Positions 62,761-64,000 of a stretch of 64,000 nucleotides of DNA are shown here, piece by piece. Source of the DNA: Octopus vulgaris (Eukaryota); contig OX597820.1 of assembly GCA_951406725.2 (NCBI GenBank), forward strand, positions 66,712,001 through 66,776,000. Reading direction: 5' to 3'. How positions within the stretch are numbered: the stretch's first letter is position 1; each line of letters opens with the position of its first letter. The position numbers were made by a program, and so were the translations under genes. The notes beneath the pieces were generated by a model. The model worked only from the letters and a program-made list of their open reading frames with translations, had not been told where the DNA came from and searched no databases.

Positions 62761-62825
62761 AGAAATAGCTTACCTTTATGTTCTTATGTTTAAAAACTTT
62801 GTTGAACAACACATGCAAAGCAGCT

Positions 62826-62875
<50 letters not shown>

Positions 62876-63104
62876 CTGTATGTTATATTTTAATAATTAC
62901 TGGTATCTTTATATATTAATATATTTTATATGTAAAGCATAATGTTATACATCTAAGTATATTGTTGTAATTGTCATTTTAGTAAATAAATAAATAAGTT
63001 GACATAATATAATGTCTAAAAGTTGATGAATACCACCTATTGATCCCCTCCATTTTCTTATTGCTCTATATATGCATGTATATATTCTTTTACTGTGTAT
63101 ATAT

Positions 63105-63319
63105 TCTTTGACTGCAGCCATGCTGGAGCACTGCATAAAAGGGTATTTTAGGGAAAGAAATCATTCCTGGGACTTATTTTTGTAAACCTAGTACTTAGTT
63201 TTATCACTCCCTTTGGCCAAGCTGCTAAGTTACAGGGACATAAATACACCACCGTCACTTGTCAAGCGATGGTGGGGAGACAAACACAGACACAAAGACA
63301 CATTTGCACAAATATATAT

Positions 63320-63355
<36 letters not shown>

Positions 63356-63358
63356 GTG

Positions 63359-63390
<32 letters not shown>

Positions 63391-63568
63391 TACACACATA
63401 CATATATATATATATTTACACAACAGGCTTCTTACAGTTTCCACCTACCAAATCCACTCATAAGGCTTTGGCAGAAGACGCTTGCCTAAGATGCCACGCA
63501 GTGAGACTGAACCTGGAACCATGTGGTTAGGAAGCAAGCTTCTTACCACATAGCCACGCCTGTGCCTC
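63105..63568 (-). mobile_element. SINE family A with expanded internal microsatellite
   Basis: ttgactgcagccatgctggagcac..cttaccacatagccacgcctgtgcc. Confidence 0.88.
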
Positions 63569-64000
63569 TACATACGTGTGTGTGTGTGTGTGTGTGTATG
63601 TATATGAATATATTTATAACCACATATACTTGTCTGTGTGTGTGTGTGTGTGTGTGAATGAGAGACAAAGAGACAGCAACACAGATGGACAGACAGAGAA
63701 GGGTGGGGGAAAAAAAAAACAAAGTGTTATAAAACCCTGCAAAAAAAAAACTGCCCATGTTGCAGCATCTATACGCACCTCCTACTGGTAAACATTTGCC
63801 AAAGAGCACAGAAGCGTACAGACCTTTAGGTGGGTGTATATGTTGATATACTCCCCAGTTTGCTGTGTGTTTGTTGGGGGGACATTATTTTTCTCTAATT
63901 AAATAATGTTTATCTTACTTGCATGCCAGAAAAGCACACAGGAAGGGGGACTCCCTCTACTTGTGTGTGTATGTGTGTGTGTGTGTGTGTGTGAGTGAGT

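Overview
Eukaryotic, AT-rich, CpG-depleted, microsatellite-saturated non-coding DNA. It is very probably octopus (coleoid cephalopod), judged from the SINE families and the (CA/TA/CT/ATT/GAT)n landscape. I can support no intact host protein-coding exon, rRNA, tRNA or CRISPR array; nearly all supplied ORFs are translations of microsatellites or SINEs. The window looks like the inside of a very long intron or a 5' regulatory region. It contains dozens of tRNA-derived SINE copies (working names A, B, D, E, F) and RTE-linked or older repeats (G, H). It also has an internally deleted mellifera-type mariner with TIRs, an RTE LINE 3' remnant, three hAT-type MITEs, a Tc2/pogo-like MITE, two Helentron-associated (HINE-like) elements and Penelope-like relics. 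The most interesting signals are: (1) a textbook zero-length AG|GTAAGT recursive-splice (ratchet) site at 34528-34535; (2) three degenerate minimal hammerhead-ribozyme motifs; (3) an array of three GNRA-capped hairpins at 38761-38920; (4) SINE fold-backs and inverted pairs that would be strong ADAR substrates; (5) a 19-bp minisatellite grown from a SINE head, carrying about 20 YY1-like cores; (6) a cluster of six K50-homeodomain (Otx-type) sites. Coordinates were read by eye, so repeat ends may be off by some bases. All functional statements are hypotheses.
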